A stretch of 64,000 bases of DNA. Source: Octopus bimaculoides. Its lineage: Eukaryota. The position numbers were made by a program, and so were the translations under genes. Below the pieces are notes generated by a model. That model saw only the letters and a program-made list of their open reading frames with translations. It was not told the origin of the DNA and made no database searches. The stretch is taken from assembly GCF_001194135.2 (NCBI RefSeq), contig NC_068981.1, positions 172,719,058 through 172,783,057 on the forward strand, written 5' to 3'. Shown here piece by piece: positions 25,410 through 38,667 of the stretch. The first letter of the stretch is position 1, and each line of letters begins with the position of its first letter.

Positions 25410-26319
25410 ATCTGTGTTTATATAGTTAGGAGAATAGTTTATAAGACAATGTGTCTAGTATGCACTTAAATACTTTTCATATTTTTTAAAGAACCTATTT
25501 TTTATATTTTAATTTTCCTTTTCTTTAAAAATTTTGATTTCAGAAGAAAAGCTTATGAACTTGAGATTTATTCACACAAACATTTATTTTGTAATTCATT
25601 ATATAGAAATGGATTTATTTATTTTACTTTTTAGAGATATTTTGCTGGTATGATTTATTGTATGGTGCTCTACTAAATGTTATTCTTTATAGTAAGATGT
25701 TCTAAATATTGTAGTTTGATAGTACAGTAGTTGTGACTGGTCCATTGTGGTGTCAGCAAGTTCAATGAGCTTATGAATTTTCTCTATTCAAATTCATTGA
25801 CATTAAAGCCAAATATACATTGAGTTATTTAATGTTTTTTACCAAATGCATCTGTTGCCAACACTGAATTTGTGATATAAATAATTAATTAAAGTTAGCA
25901 TGTTGATGCCATCAGTTCAGAAACAGTGGGATACTAGAAAAAGAAAATTGCAAATTTTGTTGTTTATGAGATAAAATATTACATATGGTTGGTTTGATAA
26001 AATAAAAATAAATATATTCTTAGATTATTGAAGTAATCTTAGTGTGTTTTACTAGTTGAATGAGCACTTAATTAGAATTTCTTTCGTAAACTTAAGTATG
26101 CAAAATTAACTAAAAAAAAATACTGGAATTAGAAATTTGTGAGAGAATCAGTCTTTTGAAACCATTTCTAACTTCAGCTATCAACTTGAAATTACCAAAA
26201 TATTAGGAATAAATTATGTCCTTCCTTTCGTTTCTTAAGTTTTTTTGTTTTGTTTTTTGTTTATTTCATACATTAATTTCAAATTTACATTTTAATCTCT
26301 TTTTTTTTTTGTTTTACAG

Positions 26320-26494
26320 ATTTTATGTATCAAGAAGCATTTTTGACTACATATAGAACATTTATTACTCCTAAAGATTTGATTGAAAAATTACTCTACC
26401 GTTTCCACAAATTTCAACATGTTTCTGATACAAGCAAAAAACGGTTGGCACGTAATGCCTTTTCCTTATTGATACGTGTCCTTGATGAATTGAG
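26320..26494 (+). CDS. RAPGEF1: C3G REM domain exon 2: DFMYQEAFLTTYRTFITPKDLIEKLLYRF...LIRVLDEL
   Basis: Strong acceptor (T-rich)ttacag|AT, donor AG|GTACTT; phase 1 to 2. Hallmark REM motif EAFLTTYRTFI. Confidence 0.97.
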
Positions 26495-26871
26495 GTACTT
26501 GCCAAATTTTTATATATATATATATATATATATTTTTATATATTTTGTTCAGTATATGATGCTCGCACATTATATATTTGCATATGTGTATTTCATATAT
26601 ATGTATGTATGTACACACACACACACATCTCAAAAATAGACACCATCATTTTTTAAATACCTACTTCTAGAAACAAAATGTCACTTGATGTATTTAAATA
26701 CTTAATCTTGTATTTAGTAGACATGCTTTATGCAGTTTTTACTGATTTTAATCTGTTTGGGCATGCTTCACAAGTAAAACAGTATAACAAGAGGTGTCTA
26801 TTTACTTTTGAAATGTTTTGTGTGTTTCTACCACTGAGTAACTGTTTTGGCATTTTGCTGAAACATGTTTA

Positions 26872-27245
26872 CAAAGTCTGATCAAAAGGTATCAGGACTG
26901 GTGTTATAAATGTAAACTACAACATATATCAATTTGGCAGTTAATCTTCTTCAAAGTAGTCCTCTTCTGGAGCCACACACACTTTAATCCAGTGTTGTTT
27001 CTATGGATGGAAGCATTCCTTTTTGGGGATAGTGAGCAGCTGCGTTATCGCATTCTCTTGGATTTCCTCGACATCTTGAAATCTTGTTGGGGTCTTCTAC
27101 TGCAAAGACTGAGCCTTGATTTCGGGGTTATGACCATAGACCCATGATTTGTCACCTGTTATGACTGTTTTCAAAAGGTTGTCATCTTCCACAAGACAAT
27201 CAAGGAGATCCTGTACAGCTGAAACCTGATCTTTTTGTTGAGATG
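26872..27245 (-). mobile_element. Internally deleted Tc1/mariner remnant
   Basis: Minus translation gives KTVITGDKSWVYGHNPEIKAQS...RFQDVEEIQENAITQLL...WIKVCVAPEEDYFEED. Mariner-like TIR TA|caaagtctgatcaaaaggtatcaggact at 26870-26900. Confidence 0.75.
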
Positions 27246-27695
27246 ACCACACTCTACACACTTAGCTTCCAAGCACTGCTATAAACAATGGGAGTGAGCG
27301 AAAGCATTATAACTTAGTATGTGTACACCACAGAGTTCAAGTTCGATCTGTGTTAAGGAGCTTCAGTCTGTGTACTTTGGCTCTGTTACCATAACAACAA
27401 TCCCAATACTTTTTGATCAGACCTCATATGCCCTATAAAGCTTTGAATGTCATATCTGTTTTCTGCTTACTTTTTTGTTATTTGGGTTGTACTCCACACT
27501 CCAGCTTATCCCAAATTTAGTGTCCTGTGTCATATCATACTGGATATCGGAGTGGATTGTAAAACCCACTACTAAGCTCAACCTTGGTTGCATGTCACAC
27601 TTTACTGTGCCTCCCTTATATATATATATATATAAATATATNNNNNNNNNNNNNNNNNNNNNNNNNNNTATATATATATATATATATATATATAT

Positions 27696-28372
27696 GCTGT
27701 GCTACATGACAGTGAAACATGGGCTGTAACTGCTGAGGACATACAGAAGCTTGAAAGAAATTAAGCTAGTATGCTCCACTGGATGTATTATGTCAGTGTG
27801 AACACATGACAGAGTGTAAGCGCCCTGAGAGAAAAGTTGGACATAAGAGGCATCAGATGTGGTGTGCAAGAGAGACAACTGCGCTGGTATGGTCATGTGT
27901 TGCATATGGATGAGGACAGCTGTGTAATGACGTGTCACACCCTAACAGTGGAGAGAACCTGTGGAAGAGGTAGACCCAGGAAGACATGGGATGAGGTGGT
28001 GAAGCACACCCTTCAAATGTTAGGCCTCACAGAGGCAATGACAAGCAACCGAGACCTTTGGAGATATGCTGTGCTTGAGAAAACCCAGCAAGCCAAGTGA
28101 GATAGTAGCCATAGCTGATGCCAGTGTCGCATAACCGGCCCATTTAAAAGTACTCTTGAATCATCAGGCAATATGCTGTGCTTGAGAACACTGAGTCAAG
28201 TGAAATCATAGTCATGGCCGATGCCAGTGTCGCTTGACTGGCATGTAAAACGCACCAGTGGCACATAAAAAGCACCCACTACACTCTCGGAGTGGTTGGC
28301 ATTAGAAAGGGCATCCAGCTGTAGAAAACATCCAACCCATGCCACCATGGAAAAAGGATGTTAAAAGGTTTA
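27696..28372 (+). mobile_element. RTE-clade LINE, 5'-truncated: ORF C-terminus plus 3' tail
   Basis: SETWAVTAED...LREKLDIRGIRCGVQERQLRWYGHVLHM...GRGRPRKTWDEVVK...DLWRYAV with internal stops. The tail aaaagcacccactacactctcggagtggttggc..aagggcatccagctgtag recurs many times in the window. Confidence 0.9.
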
Positions 28373-28451
28373 TGATATATATATGTATGCATGTAAATCA
28401 GCCATGATATGCAATCAAATATGACTTTGTAGCAGAAATATATGTAAAATA

Positions 28452-28680
28452 GGTGAGCTGGTAGAAACGTTAGCACGCTGGGCGAAATGCTTAGCAGTAT
28501 TTCATCTGCCACTACGTTCTGAGTTCAAATTCCGCCAAGGTCGACTTTGCCTTTCATCCTTTCGGAGTCGATTAAATAAGTACCAGTTATGCACTGGTGT
28601 TGATATAATCGACTTAATCCATTTGTCTGTCCTTGTTTGTCCCCTCTGTGTGTAGCCCCTTGCGGGCAGTAAATAAATAA
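28452..28680 (+). mobile_element. tRNA-derived SINE family C
   Basis: Head ggtgagctggtagaaacg, B box gagttcaaattcc, conserved core ggtcgactttgcctttcatcctttcggagtcgattaaataagtaccag. Related copies at about 39436, 53157, 53412 and 57300. Confidence 0.8.
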
Positions 28681-30346
28681 GAAATATATGTAAAATTATG
28701 TTGTGTTCATTTCTCATAATTCATGTGTTTCTAATACCAATGGAATCAATAATATTCTTTTTTGCAATCTCCTTAACCTTTCTGAACAACTTTGTCCTTA
28801 GTCACCTTTTAGCCTAAAATTCTGGATATTTTTCTTTTTCTTTTTTTATTGTGTTGATATTTTTCAAGTTACCACAAGTAGATATTTTTATACTTCAAAT
28901 TTCAACATCTCGAAGCCTTTAGCAGATTACATAATGATTACCAATTTTAGATTTCAAAATGTGATTACTGAATTTTTGATCCATTAGGCTGTTGTTCTTA
29001 TTGCAATAATTTTCACCAAATTTTCATAAGACATGTCTTTGAATTTAAAATCTAAGTGGATTGAATCTGTTTTTTTCTCTGTTTCGAGCACTATCTTTCT
29101 TACTTTTATCTTTGTTAGACTGACTTCTAATTGCACTAATTTAATACTGAAAATTATGCAAATTTGTGTATCTTTTGAGTTGTTAACTTAAATTTCTCTT
29201 ACTTTTTTTCTATTTTCTATTCAGCTTTCAAAAATTACCTAAGAACTAAAAATTCTTTCATATTAAATATGATACACAGCTGAGTACAAAATAATTTGTT
29301 TTTGGTAGGGGAAATCAGGAATATATATTAATTTTAAAATAATAATTTAATAATCATAACATATTGTCCTTTAACCTTATTTCTGTTATTACTACCCCTA
29401 TCTTTTATGACTCAAATTTCTCCATCTTTTATCCCAATACTATTCCAAACATTTTTTGAAACCTATCAATTCTCTAATGTATAAGTAAAATAGCATAAAA
29501 ACAAAAGAAAAGAAAAATAAAGAAAATTAGGCACTGACATGCAAGTTGTAATCTTTTTTTTTTTTTTTTTTGAATTAATTATTCTTGTAAGTATTGTGGA
29601 ACAATAGAAAACACTCAGTAGGCCAATTTTAAAACATAGTTTTATCTGCTTTCTTTATGTTGTTAATGGCTTTGAGAAAGTGATTAATGTTCTAATTTGC
29701 TAAGACTCCTCAAATTTTAAATCTTGTAAGTCAATCTTCATGGTGAAAAATAAACAAAATCATATTCCATATCATCTAAAATAAAATCAGCTTTACAATT
29801 CAAACCTTTGTGCACCATATTTTTGTAAAGGTTAGGCTGGTTATGAATTGCATGAAAAGGGTGTTGTATACCTACTAGTTGTGTTGTTTAACAACTATTT
29901 TCTATTGGTTATTTTTATGCTTTGGTCATAAATATTATTCCTTGAGGCTTTAAAATTTCTAAATGGATTTTTTTTTTAAATCACAGATTCTCTAATTTAA
30001 TACTAATATGAATTTCTAAAAATAAACATCTTCAGAAGAAACTTTCAGATAACCTATAATATATTAGTGATTAAATAACTAATAACTTTAAAACAATGTG
30101 GTGAGTTATTAACTGAATAAGTCCCTTATATGAAGCAGTAAGCTTTATTTTAAACTAATGAATTATTTACTAAAATAGTTTTGGTTACACTAATAACTAA
30201 AACGTTGTATACATTTAATAATTTATTTTTATTTTTAAACCTAAAGCATCTGGATCATCTCTCTAGTTGCTAACCATTCAGTGAGTATTAAGCTCGTATA
30301 AAAATGTTTTCCTGTCAGCTGCTACTTTTCCCTTGTATTTTAACAG

Positions 30347-30415
30347 CGTTTGGTGCAGACTTCGAGAAAAATGTGCATCTACTGCGAAAAAGAATCCTGC
30401 AGGTTTTCAAAATAA
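30347..30415 (+). CDS. RAPGEF1: Candidate 69-nt cassette exon (SVWCRLREKCASTAKKNPAGFQN)
   Basis: cttttcccttgtattttaacag|C...AATAA|gtgtgt; 23 codons, phase 2-2 matching the flanking exons, no stop, GC-richer than flanks. Prediction only. Confidence 0.45.
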   Translation, partial: RLVQTSRKMCIYCEKESCRFSK

Positions 30416-31328
30416 GTGTGTATTTCTTAAAATTGTTTTGTGCATAAATTAGGGCTTTAAACATAGTTTGATTAATATGCAAGTGTTTAGATAAATTTTG
30501 ATTTCCATAAATATATAATAAATCTTTAATACTCAGTATTGATAATTCTTTTAAAACTTTCCAAACATTCCCCTTCTATCTAATATTTTAGGATTTTCAG
30601 ATTAAGTAATAACCTTTTTCTCAGAATACTGGATTGCTCTAATCACAAATAAGAAAATGCAAACTAATGAATTTTGCTGTTAATACAGTTTTACAGGTTG
30701 GCTTATAGTTTTATGCATAAACTAGATCTTTAAATACTCAGTTTCATTAATAACATAATATTAAACAAATAAAAAGGCTAAAAAAGGAAAAAAATTATAT
30801 ATTTTATTTATTCATTTGAGGTATCACCAGAATATTGCATTGATTAGTAAAATAAAATTGTTTAAAAGATAAAGAAAATGAAAACTACACAGTACCCTCC
30901 AGCAAACTGACCTGATCATTAAACATAACCAAAGATAAATAGGATTATTCTACACTGAGCCAATTATGTAAATTTAAAAAAAAAAAAATAAAAAAATGGA
31001 GGTGGTATCAATTATAGTTAACAGGCTCACCCAGATATGCATTAGCATGTTTAACTAAATTATTTAAACAGCAGTCAATTTACATGAAGGGATTTATATA
31101 TTTGTATTTGTTCAGAGGTTAATGTTTAAATCAAATGAAAAATTAAAATCAAAATGTTAGTGCATTTTGAATCAGTGAATGCAGATTCAATCCCAATGTT
31201 TAATTTTTCTGCCTCGTGCTTGTTAGTTTTAGAGAATAAAATTCTGCAGAATCACTGGTGTTAGTTTTCAGCTGTTCTTGAAATTGTTACTCATTATCAG
31301 GCTTCTGGATTTGTATGTGTGTGTCATA

Positions 31329-31475
31329 GGCTGTGTGGTTATAAAGCTTGCTTTCTAACTTTGTGGTTTTAACTTTAGTCCCACTTCACTGCACTTTGGG
31401 CAAGTATCTTCTACTATAGCCCCAGGCTGACCAAAAGCCTTGTGAGTGGGTTTGGTAGGTGATGATTGAAAGAAG
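31329..31475 (+). mobile_element. tRNA-derived SINE family A, decayed
   Basis: Same core as 10784; an oppositely oriented copy lies at about 31683..31802. Confidence 0.7.
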
Positions 31476-31804
31476 TGTTTGTGTGTGTGTGATATCATCA
31501 TTATGGTATATATCATCATTTTAACATCTACTAGTCCATGCTTGGACAGTTTATTGAGGCAAATTTTTTATGGCCAGATGGCCTTCCTGTCACCAGCCCA
31601 CACTTGTTTCCAAGCAAGGTAATGTTTTCCCATGGCCAGACATGGAGACACAAGCATACATACATTCATACACACACACACAAACTTCTTTCAGCTTCCA
31701 TTTACCAAATCCAGTTTCAGTTTCCATTCACCAAGATCAGTGGAACTGAACCTGGAGCCATGTATTTGGGGAGCAGAATTTTTAGCCACACAGTCACACC
31801 CATG

Positions 31805-31870
<66 letters not shown>

Positions 31871-32260
31871 GTGTGCATGTATACCCATCACATCTTATGA
31901 TGGCTGCAGAATAAGCATCACTATCATACAAGTGATGTTGTTCATTTCCAGTCTTCTGTGAAAAGCAATTCTGTCTAACGGCAGATGTTACCTTGCTTGT
32001 TAACAGACAAGGGTTGGCAACAGAAAGGGCATCCAACTGTAAAAAATCTGCCTCAGTGAAATTTATATGACCCATACAAACATGGAAAAGTGAATTTGAA
32101 ATGGTGATGATTATTATTATTATTATTATTATTATTATCATTATTTTTAATCTTTGTCCAGGGATTCAAACAGTTTTAAAGTGATCAATGTCAGCTTTTA
32201 AAACATTGTCTGAAAAGAAAATATATCCATTGTGCCATGTCTTTATTTGTTTCTTTATAG

Positions 32261-32464
32261 TTCTTCTTGCAGTAGCACATCCTCAGAAATAGATGATGAA
32301 ATCAGCCAAAAAATGATGGATTTAGTATTTGAATTGCTCTGTCAGGGAGAATTGACTCTTGCTAAGCTTCTTCGGCGGAAAATTGTTGAGAAACTTGAAG
32401 CAAGAAAACACATGGAAATCACTGCTAAGACTAATAATCTACCTTCACACAGTTTAACACTTCA
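32261..32464 (+). CDS. RAPGEF1: C3G REM domain exon 3: ...SEIDDEISQKMMDLVFELLCQGELTLAKLLRRKIVEKLE...
   Basis: In-frame acceptors give starts at 32261, 32273 or 32276 (true start uncertain); donor CA|GTAAGA; phase 2-2. Resembles C3G ELVFRLVCNGELSLARVLRKNI. Confidence 0.92.
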
Positions 32465-33762
32465 GTAAGATTCTTCTTTGTTTTTTTTTTCCTAAGCGGC
32501 TTCTATATAACAAACAGGTTTGCGTTGAAGTAGCTTAAACGTTGTTTGATAAGTGTTTGAATAAATTATATATCAGCTTACACATGTTGATCAGTTTTTC
32601 TCTATATATATATATTTTACCAAATTTGTTTGAATAAGCTTTTGCTGATCCATCTCATTTTTAAGTTTGCTTACTTTGTAACTGGTACTATTTTTTATGC
32701 AATTATAACGTGTCAGTAATACATAATACTGGTGAAACTTTCATATTATTTTCAATGGGGAATCAAGGTTACAACTTACATATAAAAATGTGGAGACGAG
32801 CTGTCGTCTCTTGGTGGGCTGAGATTCTGTGGTGTGTTAATAGAGATGACTGTAGAAAGAGCTTTGCCAGAGTGAGCTTATGATCCCTAATGTACTAAGT
32901 TGATGTACTTAAAAAAAAATTACCTTCTGTACTTATATATCTGCAACAAAAAAATACAGAGGAGCTTTAATTAGAGATACACTGCACAGTATTTATTGGA
33001 ATACTTTGGAATTTTTTAAAAAATAATAATTTTGGTTTTTTGTTTTTTTTTTAATGAAAGGTACACCTACAATTTTATCACAACTGAAAAATGTAAACAA
33101 TTGTAAACAAATGTTTTTATCTCTCCATCTACAGAGAAATTAGGGTTGGTCTGACTGCTTTTGTTTTTGTTTGGAGACTCATTAAATAAAATGTTCCAAC
33201 TTCTGTCCCTAGATAGATTGATAGCATATAGCTTTTTATACTGAACGCAAACCAGGACTCAGCTGATCTGAGCAATCATTGGTGCATTAATTGATTAGTG
33301 ACTCTATTGATGTTTCCTTGGCCAAAGGAGTTGGTTACTTGTTCTCTGGTGAATCTTTAAATAGAAATTAGGGCAATACCAATTTTTGTGCATATGGAGA
33401 GCTTAAATATGTTAACTATGATAAATTGTTTAGAAGGCAGTCATGGTGAAATGACAGCAAAATTAGTTAGCAAAAGGCTGCCATACACACACACAAACAA
33501 CTTTTTATTTATCTAATCACACACACACATATATCCATATCTATAAGCACACACATATATGAAAGGCCATGTAAGTTCAAATCTACATCTGATCAGTGTG
33601 AAAATTCTGAGATACTTATCAATTCAAGTTGAAGTAAAATTAAAAGATTTGATCATTGATTTAGGTTTTAGGTGGTGATGTGTATTCTTACTTGTTTATT
33701 CCATAAAAGACTTTTAACCTTATTTATGAATTAAAACATGTCTGTCTCTTTCAGTTTGGAGT

Positions 33763-35620
33763 ATAAAAAAGGTAAATTTTCTCAATGTCACCCTAGATTT
33801 GAATAGCAGCCTATATTTTCTTTTCCACAAACCTAATGTAAATCTTAACTACATAGATAAAAATCCTAACCACATAAAATTTATTAGAAATTTTGTAAAG
33901 TATTTCTCTTAGAATGTCCAAATTATCTTCTAACAAAGAAATTCCTAATAATAACACCGAGTATTATAATGAGGCTCTGTTGAAAAGTGGTCATAATAAA
34001 ATACAATTTATTGCTCCTACTGATAGAATCTACTCTAAATATAGTATATATTCTAGATCTAAACATATGAAATGTATCAATACACCATAGAACCTCTAAT
34101 TCAACATTCCAAACATAAAAATATTGCAAATAAATGGGGGAAAATGATAATGGCTGTATAAATACATCAAATATAATTAACTAGGATGAAAGTGTAACTA
34201 TCAGCAGATCTAAGAATAAAATTAAAAACCCTGATATTAAAATAAATGAAATGGTTAACTATACAGATGTGCAATAATATTTAATAAAACTACAAGTGAA
34301 ATTAGCAAAACTAAATCTCTTGAGAATGAATGCACACTGAAGCATAGAGTTAAAAACTGTAATAACATAAGACATACAAAAATTTAATTATAAGGCTGAA
34401 TTCCAACAGCAACAACATACATAATATGAATGTTAAAATTCTAACTTGAAATGTAGAGTAAGAAATAACTTAATCCATTCTGACATATCCCAAATTGCAT
34501 ACTCTAGCAACACATCATCAAACAGAGCCACAAAGGGCAATCACAATATTCCTCCTCTGAAAATAAATGCCATACATGAAAAAGGCAGAAAAATTAAAAA
34601 CTAAAACAGGGAGTGTGACTTGATTTAATGCATCCTGTGCAAAAAAGCATTAAGACAAATATACCTAGTTTTCTTAGGTAGGATTTTTTTCTCCAAACCA
34701 CAAATACCACTATATTTTTAATAAATACACAATTAAATTATCTTATCTATAACACCTAGTCTTGCTGATATTATCAAATACTCTAATGTCTATAAAATGA
34801 ATTAATATAAGGACAACACACAAAAAAATAACACACTTTCAAACTTACCCTACTAATCTAGTTGGTGCGATTCATAATCTAATGGGTGAGATTCATAATG
34901 CTGGAGGCAAAAATACAGAATCCAAAATATGCCTCCACAATGCTAATCAAAATGATGGTAATGTAATAAATGAATATAATATAAAAGATAATAATTCTGT
35001 ACACCTAGTGAACAAAATAAGGAAAAAAATTAATACTAGTAACTATAATCCTAAAAATAGCAATAATAACATAATACATCTGAATCCCAACTCCTTACAA
35101 TCTACCTATGTATATAGTAATGTCAGAAAATTGAATAAGAAATTCAAAATAGAATGTGAATAGGAAGATAATGTAACTAATGGCAGTAAAATTCTTACAG
35201 TAGAAACAAATGGTGACTATGAAAATTCATGCCATATAAACAGGAGTAAACTTTTTAAAATAATGTTTTAAATTATAACTGTAGAGCAACTTCCACTTGT
35301 CCCCTTAGAGTAGCCTCTTATTGTAATGTTATTTACAGATATGTCATTACATCAATGGATACCCATTATAACATAGGGTCTATATTGAATCCCATTAAAT
35401 GATATAACTTACATACACAGCTTTAGGAGTAAAAATTTATGTAATTCAACTAGACCAGCTAATTATCTATTTGGTATTAACTCTTTGAATGATAAGTATG
35501 AACTAACCTGAGACATACTTACATTGGAAACAACAAAGAATGCAGACTATGCTCTGCTGAAGCATATAATAGGTGACAAAAAATTACTTAGCCTTAAAAA
35601 AATGAATACTTTTTCTCTTG
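33763..35620 (+). mobile_element. Decayed Penelope-like retroelement (RT C-terminus/thumb plus GIY-YIG endonuclease), 5'-truncated
   Basis: KVNFLNVTLDLNSSLYFLFHKPNVNLNYIDKNPNH / ISLRMSKLSSNKEI...YYNEALLKSGHNK (33763-34010); *FNASCAK/SIKTNI...NHKYHYIFNKYTIKLSY (34621-34750); NYNCRATSTCPL...NVIYRYVIT...YNIG...K*YNLH/SFR...NST (35271-35520). These match recalled PLE RT and EN motifs; frameshifts and stops present. Confidence 0.8.
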
Positions 35621-36213
35621 TAGATATATAATTTTCAAGTCATTTAAAACTATAAAAACACCTCTACCCAAGTAAGATAATAAATAGTAGTTTGCAAGGT
35701 AATACTCTACAATATATGAGATATGAAGACTTTTCAGATATATATATTGGATAACACTTCTTTATTCTCATTCTATAAAAAAATTATACATACACTTTTT
35801 AATCATTTATATTATTATTATTTATCTTATGAACCGGACCAATATATGAGTAAGAATACACACCACTTCCTGGTACCTAAATCAATGATCACATCTTTTT
35901 ATTTAAACTTGAATGGCTAACTGTCTCAGAATTTACAGTTGGATATCTTTTTTTTAAGTCAGATGTGTGTATATATGATCATTGTTTATGTCATATATAC
36001 ATATATATATATATATANNNNNNNNNNNNNNNNNNNNNNNNNNNNNNNNNNNCTTCTTATATAAAATAGACCTGTGTGTATGTATTCGCTTTTCACACAA
36101 CAATAGCTGCACAAATTGCTTCCATACTTGGGATACATGAATAATTTGACCTCAGATACATAATAGGGTCTTCAGTTTATTTTTTTATTAAAAATAAATA
36201 ATATTGCTTTATA

Positions 36214-36371
36214 TACACTCTCTGAGTGGTTGGCATTAGGAAGGGCATCCAGCTGTAGAAACTCTGCCAAATCAGATTGGAGCCTGGTGTAGCCATCTGG
36301 TTCACCAGTCCTCAGTCGAATCGTCCAACCCATGCTAGCATGGAAAGCGGACGTTAAACAATGATGATGAT
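36214..36371 (+). mobile_element. RTE-tail fragment ending in (GAT)n
   Basis: tacactctctgagtggttggcattaggaagggcatccagctgtag...ccaacccatgctagcatggaaagcggacgttaaac-(gat)n, shared with 28270.. and 43720.. Confidence 0.75.
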
Positions 36372-36756
36372 ATATGATTCACTTCTTTAAAAAGGTTTTT
36401 CAATGTCAACTTTTCTGCCTTTCTCCAGTACTGGACACCTCGTCTGCTAGAGATAGCAGTAGCTTGCAATATATATAAATTCAAGCAACACACAGCCTTA
36501 GGGTTAAAAAATCACAGTAAATTCTGCTTGAACAACATTCAGCCATGTTGAAGTGTCTACGAACATTACTTGCTAGTACAACTACTGTGATCATCTCTTA
36601 GAGAGATTTTAGAACTAGCTTTTTAGCTTGTTGCAAAATTAGCAGATGAGGTAGCACAACTTGATTACATATATGTATGTATATTTGTATCTATGTACAC
36701 ACATATACATAATTTCACGTATAAATCTCATAAATATATAAAATTTCTCTTGCAAG

Positions 36757-36841
36757 GCTTCCTGATTTACTTCACTTTAAGTCACAAGATATAGCAGAAC
36801 AAATGACTTTACTTGATGCTGGATTATTTCAGAAAATTGAG
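36757..36841 (+). CDS. RAPGEF1: C3G CDC25 domain start: LPDLLHFKSQDIAEQMTLLDAGLFQKIE
   Basis: Acceptor ctcttgcaag|G, donor GAG|GTTAGT; phase 2 to 0. RasGEF motif IAEQMTLLD. Confidence 0.93.
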
Positions 36842-36959
36842 GTTAGTATCAGTTTCACTAAGTTCACTAGCATTTTGTTGATATGTCTATATTGATTAGA
36901 ACTGACTTTAGCAATGTTTACTTGATGACATAATAAAACAAATCTTATAATAATTTTAG

Positions 36960-37054
36960 ATCCCCGAGGTGTTGTTATGGGCAAAGGAACAATCAGAAGA
37001 ACTAAGCCCAAACTTGACCTTGTTTACAGAACATTTTAATAAAATGTCCTATTG
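36960..37054 (+). CDS. RAPGEF1: C3G CDC25 exon: IPEVLLWAKEQSEELSPNLTLFTEHFNKMSY
   Basis: ttttag|ATC ... TG|GTAAGT; phase 0 to 2; follows a 118-nt intron. Confidence 0.97.
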
Positions 37055-38588
37055 GTAAGTTATTTGAAACATGTGATTATTTCATTTACATTATATTGAG
37101 AAAAATAACTGGTTCTGTGGTGGCATCAGTTATGTTACATTGTACTGATGAAGCATCAAACTCTGTCATCTGAACTAGTGTTGAATCAGAATCTATAACC
37201 AGTGCCAATTTAGAAACAAACAATGTGACCTAATCCTAGCTTGACAAATAATAGTCGCAAGAACCAGTGTAGAATCTGACATTAACTACTGCTTGGGTTC
37301 AATCACTGTAGCTAGTTGATGTAGTATAAGAACCAGTGCTAATGTGATCAAGAAGATCAATGATCAATAGCATTCAAGCTGTGACAATTTCATCTGTTTG
37401 TGTATAAAGAACTATATTGTCCAATGTGTTCCACCTTTTTTAAAACACTAAAGTGTTATTTTAGAGAGATTTGGTTGCCATTTACAACAGCTGGAGAAAC
37501 TGCTAAGAGGCTCCCATATTGGTTTATGGTGTGGCATTATAGCAATTATTGCTGTGATGTCTGACACTGGTGTGTAATCTCATCTTAGCCTTGATAGAGC
37601 AGACTGCTTGCACGTAAGTAGCTTGTCGAATGACTAGGTATGATCCACAGGTCTAAATGAGGAGCATATTGCACATTCTGAGATGCAGTGGTTAATTGTA
37701 TGTAGAGTCGTGTTGAAACCTGGGCATACTGTACTCTTTTCACTATTCAGTTTGTTTCTGTATGTGTCTAGATTCTAGTGTTATCCTGATGGAAAGAGGT
37801 AGAGTGAACTTGATCTGGATGTGACACTTGTTGTCACTTTCTATTTAATATTGGTTTTATGCAATACAAATGTTTAGGGCTAATGATGCTGCTGCTATTT
37901 TTGTGTGTGTGTATTTTATATTTGTCCAGACAGGGGAGAGAGTGTTCTTAGAATATCGTTGTTGTAGTGAACTAGAGGGTTGCAGATATATTTAATTGAA
38001 CATGTTATGGGATAGGTTTCAATGCTTTGAGAGTTAGTTTGGTACCCAGTATTTTGTCTTTTTTCTTGGTAGCAAGAGATGGGGTCAAAAGCCTTGCTGA
38101 TGTAAATAGTAAATTAAATGATACATAGGTTTTTGTCAAAGCTTGTGTATATTTTCTGGAAGGTTTGTGAATGGTGTGATGGTTGAGTATAGTGTTCTTA
38201 ATCCATGTCATGATTTGGTGAGAGAAATGTATGAGTTAATTATATCAAAGCTGGGTTATTAAAAAAATTTTTTAATTATACCAAGGAGGATCACAACCAA
38301 GTCTTGTAGTAGGAATGGCTTTATTGAAATTACTTATAAACAAGACTCAATGTAATAAAAGAGGTGGTCATTTATAACTGTCTCCATCAACTTCAGAATG
38401 ATAAAAGTGATGCTGATAAGTTAGTAGTTAACAGGGTCTGAGATGTTGCTCTTTTGGAGGGTATGATAGACTGTCACATTTCCAAAAGCTAGGCAGTTAA
38501 AGAATTTAGTCAGGATAGAAACTAGTTCAAGATATCTTTTTACCTCTGAGATATACAATGATAAATCCAACATTTTGATATTCTCTAG

Positions 38589-38667
38589 GTGCCGAACAAA
38601 AATACTTATTCAGGAAGAGCCTAAAGACAGAGAAAAATATTTAATGAAATTTATAAAAATTATGCGA
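38589..38667 (+). CDS. RAPGEF1: C3G CDC25 exon: (W)CRTKILIQEEPKDREKYLMKFIKIMR
   Basis: ttctctag|G ... CGA|GTGAGT; phase 2 to 0. Confidence 0.97.

Noticed and set aside
36429-36470. GC-richer exon-like stretch after ttctccAG
   Set aside because: Contains TAG in the required phase 2.
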